Shown: positions 9,944-18,514 of the stretch, piece by piece
Layout of the letters: the number at the start of each line of letters is the position of its first letter
How positions within the stretch are numbered: position 1 is the stretch's first letter
Assembly (NCBI GenBank): GCA_018110785.1
Contig: JAGBHD010000012.1
Location: forward strand, 390 to 64,389
DNA length: 64,000 bases
Reading direction: 5' to 3'
Origin: Oscillospiraceae bacterium
Lineage (GTDB): Bacteria; Bacillota; Clostridia; Oscillospirales; JAGBHD01
Notes under the pieces: model-generated
Seen by the model: the letters and a program-made list of their open reading frames with translations, nothing else
Database searches by the model: none
What the model was told of the DNA's origin: nothing
Translations under genes and position numbers: made by a program

Positions 9944-11089
9944 TTAAGAAATACCTGCTAATTGCTTATATTTAGACAGTATTTTATGGCCATAGGAATC
10001 GCCTGCGGCTATAGCAGCTTCCAAAGAATTATACTTTGCAGGGTCATATCCCGGTTGCGCCCATCTGCCGCCTAAATCAACCCATGTTCTCGCTATTCCT
10101 ATCCCATCTTGCAAAACTTTATCTTTAGCATAATCAAATCGGGTATCAACACAAGAAAATGCTAAATCCTCTTTTGTAGCAGTAGATGCATAGGCCTTTA
10201 AATGCTGAATATGGGCTCTGACACCGATTTGAGGAGTTGCAAATTTTTCTCCGCCCGCAGTGTCATCTATTGCGCCAAGACCGCAATAATTATTTCTATC
10301 GGGTTGAACACTTCCGCCAAATGTAAACCAACCGGTTTCCCATATAGCCTGACAGAAAGCAATATCTCCTCTTATTCCCTCGGCAGCACCTTCGGATATA
10401 TAATAGCCCGCCAATTCCTCAATAGTGCAGTTTAATTTCAGCTCATCTCTGCTTTTATATCTTAATACATAATTTACTAAGTCTTCGGCAGAAAAAACGC
10501 TTGTTCCCAATATATACATATAACTTTCATTTGGGTTTACTGGCGGCGATTCGGGTTTAGGGAGCTTTTCTATGCTTTTAATTTCTTTTTCTCCGCAACG
10601 GGTGCAGTTTCTTTGTTTTTCGCCCTCGGCGGCAGTTGTTGGCTCTTTGGTTGTTTTCCATTCTCCCCATGAGTGTCCCAGTGCGGCGGTGCCATTGGTT
10701 TTATAGCTTTCGCCGCAAGAGCATTTATAGACGGTATATCCGTCTTCAGTACAAGTTGGTTTTACTGTTTTTTCTACTGAATATGTATGGGTATGCGGGG
10801 GCGGGGTTTCCTGTTCGGGTTTTGAGGAAGATTCGGGCGGCTTAGATTCCGTTTCGGGTTCTGATTCAGGTTCCGACGCAGACGAAGATTCCTCCGCAAT
10901 CCCGGAAGAGATTTCGGAAGATATGCTTTCAAAATAAGAGCTCTCGTTTTCGAAATTTTCAGAGCTGCTCGAAGAATTATCGTCGATATTTTTCTTTATA
11001 TCGACGATGACAAAAACAGAGCAGGCAATAACTGAAAAAACCAGAAATACCGAGATAAAGCTTATTAAAAGTTTTAACTTCTTACTCAT
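9944..11089 (-). CDS. Membrane-anchored peptidoglycan hydrolase, glucosaminidase (LytD/FlgJ-type) domain
   Basis: N-terminal TM, S/E-rich linker, two Cys-rich modules, C-terminal FCQAIWETGW...NNYCGLGA glucosaminidase-like motifs. Confidence 0.7.
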   Translation of the reverse strand: MSKKLKLLISFISVFLVFSVIACSVFVIVDIKKNIDDNSSSSSENFENESSYFESISSEISSGIAEESSSASEPESEPETESKPPESSSKPEQETPPPHTHTYSVEKTVKPTCTEDGYTVYKCSCGESYKTNGTAALGHSWGEWKTTKEPTTAAEGEKQRNCTRCGEKEIKSIEKLPKPESPPVNPNESYMYILGTSVFSAEDLVNYVLRYKSRDELKLNCTIEELAGYYISEGAAEGIRGDIAFCQAIWETGWFTFGGSVQPDRNNYCGLGAIDDTAGGEKFATPQIGVRAHIQHLKAYASTATKEDLAFSCVDTRFDYAKDKVLQDGIGIARTWVDLGGRWAQPGYDPAKYNSLEAAIAAGDSYGHKILSKYKQLAGIS

Positions 11090-11106
11090 TCAAAACCCCT
11101 GAAATT

Positions 11107-11916
11107 TTAGTTTTTACAACCCTCTTTTATCGGAAAAACTGCGCCTGTCGGGCAGGCGGAAGCACAAGCGCCGCAGGAAATACATGTATCATAATCTATT
11201 TTTGCTAAAAATCCGTTTTCAACCGTTACAGCGCCTACAGGACAGGTCTTTTCGCATTTACGGCAACCGATACAGCCATGTGTACAAGCTTTTCTTGTTA
11301 AAACACCTTTTTCGACATTTTTACATCTTACCGCTACCGTTTGGTCGGCAGGAATAAGCGAAATTAAGAAATTCGGACAAGCCGAAACACAAGCTCCGCA
11401 GCCTGTACATACCGTTCTATCAATTACTGCAAGGTCGTCCTTTATTGATATTGCACCAAAGGGACAAGCGGCGGCACAATCGCCAATTCCTAAGCAACCA
11501 AAATCGCATTTTCCTTTGCCCTGAAAATACATATTAGCGGCTTTGCAGGTATTGATTCCGCGATATTTCATTTTATCTTCTGTATAGTCGATACAACCGC
11601 CGCAGAAAACAAAGGCTTTCTTCGGGGTAATTTTTTCATCTGAGGTTGCGCCCATAACAGAGCATATCTCTTTATACACCTCTTCGCCGCCCGCTGAACA
11701 AAGAGAAAGGGCGGCTTCGCCGTTTTTAATAGCTTTAGCATAGTCTTCACAGCCTGCATAGCCGCAACCGCCGCAGTTTGCACCCGGCAAGGCTTCTGTT
11801 AATTTCTCTATTGTTTCATCTTTGGGAACTGCGAAGATATGACCTAAAACTGCAAGCAAAAGGCCGAGAAGAAGTCCGCTTACTACTGTTATAACAACAG
11901 GGATAATAATTTCCAT
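11107..11916 (-). CDS. rnfB: Rnf complex subunit B (polyferredoxin)
   Basis: N-terminal TM, CGGCGYAGC cluster, several CxxCxxCxxxCP 4Fe-4S motifs. Last gene of the rnf operon. Confidence 0.92.
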   Translation of the reverse strand: MEIIIPVVITVVSGLLLGLLLAVLGHIFAVPKDETIEKLTEALPGANCGGCGYAGCEDYAKAIKNGEAALSLCSAGGEEVYKEICSVMGATSDEKITPKKAFVFCGGCIDYTEDKMKYRGINTCKAANMYFQGKGKCDFGCLGIGDCAAACPFGAISIKDDLAVIDRTVCTGCGACVSACPNFLISLIPADQTVAVRCKNVEKGVLTRKACTHGCIGCRKCEKTCPVGAVTVENGFLAKIDYDTCISCGACASACPTGAVFPIKEGCKN

Positions 11917-11930
11917 AATCTTCTCCTCCT

Positions 11931-12521
11931 TTACCTGAATATGCCTTCTATAACACCCGAAAAGCCCATAAAGGAAACCGAAACTATCGATGCCGCTATA
12001 AGGGCTATCGGAAGGCCTCTTAAGGCTTTTGGTATTCTATCGTTTTTCTCGAGCTTTTCTCTTATGCCCGAGAACAAAACGAGTGCTAACATAAAGCCAA
12101 GTCCTGCGCCGAGCGCATTCACTATGCTCTCTATAAAGGTATAGGACTCCTGAATGTTTAAAAGGGCTACACCCAGCACTGCGCAGTTTGTTGTTATAAG
12201 AGGGAGATATATTCCTAACGATTCATAAAGCGGAGGTACAAATTTCTTTAAAAGGATCTCAACTATTTGCACCAAAGATGCGATAACAAGAATAAATACC
12301 AAGGTTTGGAGATATTCATACTTTGGCTTTAAAAGATAGGTATATATAGGCCAAGTTACTGCAGAAGACACTACCATAACTGCGGTTACCGCTACCGACA
12401 TTCCTACAGCCGAAGAAAGCTTTTTAGAAACTCCGAGAAAAGGACATATTCCTAAAAATTTAGATAGAACAAAATTGTTTACGAAAATTGCAGAAAAGAG
12501 AATTATAATCAAGGTTTTCAT
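11931..12521 (-). CDS. rnfA: Rnf complex subunit A
   Basis: MKTLIIILFSAIFVNNFVLSKFLGICPFLG. Start taken at Met9 of the track ORF, giving an ATGA overlap with the rnfE stop. Confidence 0.92.
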   Translation of the reverse strand: MKTLIIILFSAIFVNNFVLSKFLGICPFLGVSKKLSSAVGMSVAVTAVMVVSSAVTWPIYTYLLKPKYEYLQTLVFILVIASLVQIVEILLKKFVPPLYESLGIYLPLITTNCAVLGVALLNIQESYTFIESIVNALGAGLGFMLALVLFSGIREKLEKNDRIPKALRGLPIALIAASIVSVSFMGFSGVIEGIFR

Positions 12522-13162
12522 TCCTGACACTCTCCTTTCTCGCAAAGCTTACAGCCGCCGCAGCCTGTACTTTTGATTTCTTTTTTAGAAATCATAGATA
12601 CCAGACACATACAAACTCCGAAGGTTAAAAAGCCTCCCGAAGAGGTTGTTAGAAACGGGAAAGGCTGAAAACCGCCGAAAAGGGACATTCCGAAAAAGCT
12701 TCCGTTTCCTATTATTTCTCTCAATGAGCCTATCAAGAGCAGCGAAAAGGTAAAGCCTATGCCCATTGCGAGTCCGTCTAATGCTGAATCAAAAACATTG
12801 TTTTTAGATGCGAAAAGCTCTGCTCTTCCTAAAATTATACAGTTTACAACGATAAGCGGCAGAAATATTCCGAGCGCTTCATAGGCGGCAGGCAAGAAAG
12901 CTTGCATTATCATAGAAACGATTGTTACAAAGCCTGCGATTATAACTATGTATGAAGGAAGGCGAACCTTAGAGGGAATGAGCTTTTTAACAGCCGAAAT
13001 AACGATATTCGAGCAAATTAAAACAAATGTTGCGGCAATTCCCATAAAAATACCGTTTTGCGCGTTAGTTGTTACCGCCAAGGTAGGGCAGGTTCCGAGG
13101 ACTAACGAAAAAACGGGATTTTCTTTAAAAATTCCCTTCGTTAATTTTTTAAAAAGCGTCAT
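12518..13162 (-). CDS. rnfE: Rnf complex subunit E
   Basis: NPVFSLVLGTCPTLAVT signature, polytopic membrane protein. Confidence 0.92.
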   Translation of the reverse strand: MTLFKKLTKGIFKENPVFSLVLGTCPTLAVTTNAQNGIFMGIAATFVLICSNIVISAVKKLIPSKVRLPSYIVIIAGFVTIVSMIMQAFLPAAYEALGIFLPLIVVNCIILGRAELFASKNNVFDSALDGLAMGIGFTFSLLLIGSLREIIGNGSFFGMSLFGGFQPFPFLTTSSGGFLTFGVCMCLVSMISKKEIKSTGCGGCKLCEKGECQE

Positions 13163-13167
13163 CTCTA

Positions 13168-13683
13168 TTACTCCCCCGCTTTCAAATTTTCATATACTTT
13201 CAGCGCATTTCCAACCGCAGTTTTATAAGCATTGGAGGAACGAGTTGCGCCTGCGATAGCATCGGCTTGTGTATAGTTTTCAAGGTCTTTCCCCGAAAAA
13301 CGGGAAGCAAACTCTTCTGTTTCAACCTTTGTTCCTATATTTTCGGTTTCGGAAGAGGTTAAAACGGCAGAGCCTGTTACCTTTCCTTCTTTTACACCGA
13401 CCATTACAACTAAATCTCCGCCATAACCGTTTCCAACCGCCGCTATAACATAGCCGCCATCGGAAGCGAGATATATTTTATTTACGGTTTCTAAAAAATC
13501 TTCGGGAACTTCCCTCTCTTTAAAGCTTTCTGCTTCATAAACTTTCCTGCAAAGCTCTACTGCTTTTTTATCTGTTGCTTCCTTTATTTTAGGAGCTGTA
13601 AAAGAATTGACAAAGGCTAACAGAAATGTTACTACGGCGCATACTACTCCTAAAGAAAGCGATACCTTTATATACTCTCTCAT
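13168..13683 (-). CDS. rnfG: Rnf complex subunit G (FMN-binding)
   Basis: N-terminal TM, C-terminal AIAGATRSS (FMN attachment Thr motif). Confidence 0.9.
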   Translation of the reverse strand: MREYIKVSLSLGVVCAVVTFLLAFVNSFTAPKIKEATDKKAVELCRKVYEAESFKEREVPEDFLETVNKIYLASDGGYVIAAVGNGYGGDLVVMVGVKEGKVTGSAVLTSSETENIGTKVETEEFASRFSGKDLENYTQADAIAGATRSSNAYKTAVGNALKVYENLKAGE

Positions 13684-14591
13684 TTTCCCGCCTCCTTTGC
13701 TCCGAAAGGCTTTCTGCCCGGAATTTTTTCAATAAGAGGGGTACATATATTCATAAGCAGAATTGAAAATGATACACCTTCGGGATATGAGCCATAAAGG
13801 CGGATAAGGGCGGTTATTATACCGCAGCCTATACCGAATATCCATTTGCCTCTATCAGATACGGGGCTTGTTACATAATCGGTTGCCATAAATATAGCGC
13901 CGAGCAAAAGGCCTCCCGACAAAACTGCATAGAGGGGATCCTCTCCCGCTATAAATGAGATAAGCGCTACCGTTCCGATAAAGGAAAGAGGGATTATAGG
14001 AGAGATTACTTTACGACAGAGGAGATATATTCCGCCGATTATTAAAGCTAAGGCGGAAACCTCGCCTATACTTCCCGAAACATTTCCTAAAAACAAATCC
14101 ATATATGAAGCGGATTTATCAGCTAAAGGGGTTGCCGAAGCGACTGTATCATAAAAAGGCTCTAAAAAGGTTGCCATTGCTGACGGAAAGGCTATCATCA
14201 AAACTATTCGCGCTGTAATCGCGGGGTTTGCAAAGTTTTTGCCTATTCCTCCAAAAAGGGCTTTAACTATAATAATTGCAAAAAAATCGCCGATTAAAAG
14301 GATATAAAAAGGGATTCCTGCCGGCACATTTAAGGCTAAAAGAACGCCCGTTACCAATGCCGAAAGGTCGCCTACTGTTTGACGGGTTTTGGTTATTACA
14401 TTAAAGAGATATTCACACAAAAGCGAAAATGCGGCAGATACAAAAACCAACACCAAGGCTCTGAAGCCGAAAAGTACAGCCGATGCTATAACTGCAGGGA
14501 GAAGCGCTATTAGCACATCTAACATTATGTTGTTTGTAAAAACGCCTTTATGACGATGGGGAGAAGACTCTACTATAAGCTTATTTGCCAT
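13680..14591 (-). CDS. rnfD: Rnf complex subunit D
   Basis: SSPH...polytopic, FMATDYVTSP motif. Confidence 0.92.
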   Translation of the reverse strand: MANKLIVESSPHRHKGVFTNNIMLDVLIALLPAVIASAVLFGFRALVLVFVSAAFSLLCEYLFNVITKTRQTVGDLSALVTGVLLALNVPAGIPFYILLIGDFFAIIIVKALFGGIGKNFANPAITARIVLMIAFPSAMATFLEPFYDTVASATPLADKSASYMDLFLGNVSGSIGEVSALALIIGGIYLLCRKVISPIIPLSFIGTVALISFIAGEDPLYAVLSGGLLLGAIFMATDYVTSPVSDRGKWIFGIGCGIITALIRLYGSYPEGVSFSILLMNICTPLIEKIPGRKPFGAKEAGK

Positions 14592-15897
14592 TTTTCTTAG
14601 CGCTCCTTTCTTTTAAAAAGGTTTTTGCCAATCTATGCGACTGGGTTAAATGACGCGAAGCGGGACAAACATAAGAGCAGCTTCCGCATTCCATACAAAG
14701 CATAATATGCTCTTTCTTTAAGGCTTCCTCATCTCTGTTTTCATAGGCATCTGCTAAAAACACGGGATTTAAATCAAAGGGGCAAGCCTTTATACATCTT
14801 CCGCAACGGATACACTCGCTTTCCTTTCTTTTTCCCAAGGCTTTTTCGGACAAAAACAATACAGCATTTGTATTTTTCATAATGGGGAACTCATCGGAAT
14901 AAACTGCCTGCCCCATCATGGGGCCTCCGAGCAATATTGCCGCAGGTTCTTTTATATATCCGCCGAAATACTCGGCTATATCTTTAATTTTCGTTCCTAT
15001 AGGAACAAAGATATTTTTATGCTCCTTTAAGCAATCTCCTCCGACTGTTATTCGCTTTCGCATTAAGGGAGCGCCCGAAATTAAAGACGCGCCGATAAGG
15101 CCTACCGTTGATACATTCATAACGATTACACCTGCATCCATTGGAAGACCACCCTCAGGCACGATTCTGCCCGTTACATTATAAATAAGCACCTTTTCCG
15201 CGCCCTGCGGATATGTAGGCTTTAAAAGGGAAAGAAAAACACCCTCTTCTTCCCTAATCAATTCTTTAACTAACTCGATTTCTTCCTTCTCGCGGTTTTC
15301 GAGCGCTATATACACCTTTTCTACGCCTGTATATTTCTTGATAAGTCTTATACCGTTTATAATTCCCTCGGAGTTTTCTACTATTTCTCTTTGGTCAGCC
15401 GTTATTCTCGGCTCACATTCTGCCGCATTTATAATTAAAGTATCTACATCTTTTTGGGGATTAAGCTTTATATGTGTAGGGAAAGAGGCACCGCCGAGGC
15501 CTACCGCGCCGATAGAGCGGACAAAGGAAATAAAATCCTCTTTGCTTTCTACCTTTGGGGCCGCAAAATTATCTTCTCCCGCACCTGTTACTAAAAGCTT
15601 TATAGCCCTTGTTCTAACACCTGAGGATAGGACAAAATCATATATTTCTTTTACCGTTCCGTTTAAAGGAGCGTGAACAGGGACACACATTGGGGCATCT
15701 CCGTCTGCTAAGATATCACCTTTTTTAACTTCGGAACCTACCGCTACTTTTACTTCTGGCGGCGCGCCTATATGCTGCTGCACAGGAATAATTAATTCAG
15801 ATGGGAGAGAGATAGTTTCAGTTATATTATGGCCGCCCTGCTTTTCAGGACTTATAAAAATACTGTTCATCTTTTTCAATTTTAAACACCTCCACAT
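14581..15897 (-). CDS. rnfC: Rnf complex subunit C
   Basis: GLGGASFPTH, two CxxCxxCxxxCP motifs. The start is uncertain: GGAGG is best spaced for TTG at 15879, and ATG at 15870 is also possible. Confidence 0.9.
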   Translation of the reverse strand: MWRCLKLKKMNSIFISPEKQGGHNITETISLPSELIIPVQQHIGAPPEVKVAVGSEVKKGDILADGDAPMCVPVHAPLNGTVKEIYDFVLSSGVRTRAIKLLVTGAGEDNFAAPKVESKEDFISFVRSIGAVGLGGASFPTHIKLNPQKDVDTLIINAAECEPRITADQREIVENSEGIINGIRLIKKYTGVEKVYIALENREKEEIELVKELIREEEGVFLSLLKPTYPQGAEKVLIYNVTGRIVPEGGLPMDAGVIVMNVSTVGLIGASLISGAPLMRKRITVGGDCLKEHKNIFVPIGTKIKDIAEYFGGYIKEPAAILLGGPMMGQAVYSDEFPIMKNTNAVLFLSEKALGKRKESECIRCGRCIKACPFDLNPVFLADAYENRDEEALKKEHIMLCMECGSCSYVCPASRHLTQSHRLAKTFLKERSAKKNGK

Positions 15898-16032
15898 ACT
15901 CTTTTTCTATTTTACTATAAAAATTTACAAAAAACAACCGTATTTTTAATGAAAATATCACCATTTTTCATTAAATACGGAATCTTTTAATATTAATAAA
16001 ATCAGAAGAAATTCCATAAAAGGAGCCTTATA

Positions 16033-17526
16033 ATGCGACGGATAACACATTTTCTTATAAACGGAATTATGCTGACGGGAGTTTCCCTTGTTTTCCAGCT
16101 TGCCGAAAGCATATTTACCGTTTACATTTCTGCAAAAATCGGAGAAAGCGGGGTAGGTCTTTTCGGACTTGTTATGTCTATTTACCGCTTCGGCGTTACC
16201 CTTTCCCTTTCAGGGATAAACCTTGCCGCTACCCGAAGAATCGCCGAAAGATTAGCGGAGAAAAATTATTCTCGCCTTAAAAGCGTTTCCTCTCGATGTA
16301 TCTCTTTATCCTTAATTTTCGGAACCACTATTGCTGCGGGGCTTTTTATTTTATCTCCTTTTTTAGGTAAAACCGTATTAAAAAGCGAAGATACCATTAT
16401 CTCTCTTCATATTCTTTCTTTATCCCTCCCTTTTCTTGCGGCTTCTTCCGCAATTTCAGGCTATTTTACCGCCGTCAGAGCTCCTGCCAAAAGCACTATA
16501 TCTTCTGTTTTTTCATTTATTATTCGCATTCTATCTACTATATTCTTCCTTTCGGTTTTACCCTTTGGGGTTAAAAGCTCCTGCCTTTCTTTATCGCTCG
16601 GAACTACCCTTTCAGAAATCGCAGGATTTATTGTAATTTTCATTCTTTTTCTTTTCGACCGAAGAAAATACTGTTCGGAGATTACTAAAGGAGAGTCTAC
16701 CACAAAGGAAATTTTATCGGTTTCTCTCCCTGTTGCTCTATCTTCCTATGTCAGAAGCGCTCTTTATACTTTAGAACAGCTTTTTATCCCCTCATCTTTA
16801 ATGAAATACGGGCTTTCAAGAACCGATGCGCTCGGCAATTACGGAATGATAAAAGGAATGGTACTCCCCGTTTTAATTACGCCTTCCGCTCTTATGTATT
16901 CCTTTTCGGGGCTTTTAGTTCCTGAGCTTGCAGAGGCAAAGAAGCTCAACGACAACAAAAAGACCGAAAAAATAACCTCTTATGTATTTTATCTTTCTTT
17001 TTTATATTCGGTTGCGGTTTGCGGAGTTATCTTCTTTTATGCCGATGAGCTTTCTTTAAGCCTATTCAAAAACACTACACCCGCCTTTTATTTAAAGTCT
17101 TTGGCTCCTTTAACTATTGTTATGTATCTCGACGGGGCGGTTGATAATATTTTAAAGGGGCTGGGTGAGCAGGTTTACTGCATGAGGGTTAATATTTTAG
17201 ATGCAGCTTTAAGCTTGGTATTAGTTTTAATATTAGTTCCGAAAATGGGTATAGCGGGGTATGCCTTTGTTATTCTTATAAGCGAAATATTTAACACATT
17301 TTTAAGCGTTTTAAAGCTTTTAAAAATCACATCACTTAAAATAAATTTCTCCCGTTCTCTTTTGATGCCGATATTCTTTATAATATCCGCTTGCTGCTTT
17401 TCGAAGCTTTTATCTCTTATTTTCCCCACTCTTAATTTCTTCATTGCGGCGGGTTTTGCAGTTATTACCTATATTCTCTTATCGGTTTGCTTTTCCGTTT
17501 TTAAATGGAAAAAGGGGGTTATATAA
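16033..17526 (+). CDS. MOP-superfamily flippase (SpoVB / polysaccharide biosynthesis protein-like)
   Basis: About 14 TM segments over 497 aa. N-terminal pattern GxMLTxVSLxFQ typical of SpoVB/MurJ-like proteins. Confidence 0.7.
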   Translation: MRRITHFLINGIMLTGVSLVFQLAESIFTVYISAKIGESGVGLFGLVMSIYRFGVTLSLSGINLAATRRIAERLAEKNYSRLKSVSSRCISLSLIFGTTIAAGLFILSPFLGKTVLKSEDTIISLHILSLSLPFLAASSAISGYFTAVRAPAKSTISSVFSFIIRILSTIFFLSVLPFGVKSSCLSLSLGTTLSEIAGFIVIFILFLFDRRKYCSEITKGESTTKEILSVSLPVALSSYVRSALYTLEQLFIPSSLMKYGLSRTDALGNYGMIKGMVLPVLITPSALMYSFSGLLVPELAEAKKLNDNKKTEKITSYVFYLSFLYSVAVCGVIFFYADELSLSLFKNTTPAFYLKSLAPLTIVMYLDGAVDNILKGLGEQVYCMRVNILDAALSLVLVLILVPKMGIAGYAFVILISEIFNTFLSVLKLLKITSLKINFSRSLLMPIFFIISACCFSKLLSLIFPTLNFFIAAGFAVITYILLSVCFSVFKWKKGVI

Positions 17527-17730
17527 CCGAAAGAGGCTTCTCTGACAAAGAGAGGAGTCTCTTTTCTTGCTAAAGACTATCTAAATGGAGCAGAATCGAG
17601 GCAAAAGTAAGTAAAAGCACACCATTTCAGTTAAACTGTAAACTCTGTTGACAGTTTTTTAAACTTTAATTCAGCCATATTAGCACCGCTTTTTTGATTA
17701 AATTATATCATAATTAACGGAATAATTAAA

Positions 17731-17901
17731 ATGAAATATCTTTCGGATGTGAAATAATGACCTACGGTCATTGTGAAATATTGCTCCTTCGCCGCAATGT
17801 GAAATGAAATTTGCCAACATTCGCGTTAGCGAATATTTCACATTTACGAAGTAAATATTTCCAGCAAAGCTATTTCACTTGCCCTTCAGGGCAAATTTCG
17901 T
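17731..17901. repeat. Array A: GTGAAAT cores (forward, then inverted) punctuating variable mini-hairpins
   Basis: GTGAAAT at 17749, 17773, 17799 (ATGAAAT at 17731). ATTTCAC at 17835, 17872 (ATTTCC 17857, ATTTCG 17895). Hairpins at 17756-17772, 17780-17798, 17819-17834, 17842-17856, 17879-17894. Confidence 0.7.
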
Positions 17902-17908
17902 TGAAAAT

Positions 17909-17947
17909 AAAAAGGCTTTTGTCGTCTGACAAAAGCCTTTTTATTTT
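17909..17947. terminator. Bidirectional intrinsic terminator (13-bp stem)
   Basis: AAAGGCTTTTGTC-GTCT-GACAAAAGCCTTT flanked by A and T runs. Lies between the convergent flippase gene and the tRNA genes. Confidence 0.85.
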
Positions 17948-17948
17948 C

Positions 17949-18023
17949 TGGTGACCCGTACGGGAATCGAACCCATGTTACCGCCGTGAAAGGGCGGTGT
18001 CTTAACCGCTTGACCAACGGGCC
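17949..18023 (-). tRNA. tRNA-Glu(UUC): tRNA-Glu (anticodon UUC), CCA encoded
   Basis: Hand fold gives acceptor GGCCCGT/ACGGGTC, anticodon arm CCGCC-CTTTCAC-GGCGG, T-arm GGTTCGATTCC. Confidence 0.9.
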
Positions 18024-18026
18024 TTA

Positions 18027-18103
18027 TGGTACCGGTAGTCGGATTTGAACCAACGACACTGCGGGTATGAACCGCATGCTCTAGCCAACTGAGCTATACC
18101 GGC
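18027..18103 (-). tRNA. tRNA-Met(CAU): tRNA with CAU anticodon (elongator Met or lysidine-modified Ile2), CCA encoded
   Basis: Hand fold gives acceptor GCCGGTA/TACCGGT, D-loop AGCTCAGTTGG, anticodon arm TGCGG-TTCATAC-CCGCA, T-arm GGTTCAAATCC. Confidence 0.85.
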
Positions 18104-18139
18104 GTTTCTTAACGCGGATCTTTCCGAAGCGCGAAATAG

Positions 18140-18168
18140 ATTATAACAAACCTTTATGTTATTGTCAA
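18140..18168 (-). promoter_or_regulatory. Consensus sigma-A promoter for the tRNA pair (TTGACA-17-TATAAT) with A-rich UP-like region upstream
   Basis: Minus strand reads TTGACA (18168-18163), a 17-nt spacer, then TATAAT (18145-18140). 18170-18240 is A-rich on that strand. Confidence 0.7.
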
Positions 18169-18411
18169 GTGTTTTTTTCTTTTTATTTTTCTTTTTATTT
18201 CCCTTTATCCCTTTCTTTTTTTATTTTGGTAGTTCTTTACAAATTAATAAAATTTTTTCTTTTCGTAATTTGTTCACAGTTTGTTCACAACTCAGCCTTT
18301 ACACTATGCTATTATTGTCTTGCAAAGGTTACATTTTGAAATCTTTTAGTCGTTTTCAGGGAAATAACCCATAAAAATTTGTTTATTTTTTTCGTTTTTT
18401 CTGCAAAACTG

Positions 18412-18440
18412 TTGAAAATGCATAAATTATTTAGTAAAAT
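18412..18440 (+). promoter_or_regulatory. Putative promoter of the PucR-family regulator gene (TTGAAA-17-TAAAAT)
   Basis: Hexamers at 18412-18417 and 18435-18440. Confidence 0.5.
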
Positions 18441-18514
18441 GATATTAGTGGCTTTATACGCTGTTGTTTAAAAACTAAACTTGTGCATTTTGCACGAATA
18501 AAAGGAGAAGCATT

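Noticed and set aside
17731-17901. CRISPR array, or a Rex/CRP-type operator (TGTGAAAT...ATTTCACA), as explanation for array A (and B)
   Set aside because: The cores are only 7-8 nt and the spacers 9-19 nt, with no cas genes, so this is not CRISPR. Rex or CRP dyads need half-sites 4-6 bp apart, whereas here same-orientation cores repeat every ~24 nt and the nearest opposite-orientation cores (17799/17835) are 29 nt apart.
18156-18374. 72-aa Phe/Leu-rich ORF
   Set aside because: It is the translation of a poly-T-rich spacer, which is the A-rich UP-like region of the minus-strand tRNA promoter. There is no RBS.
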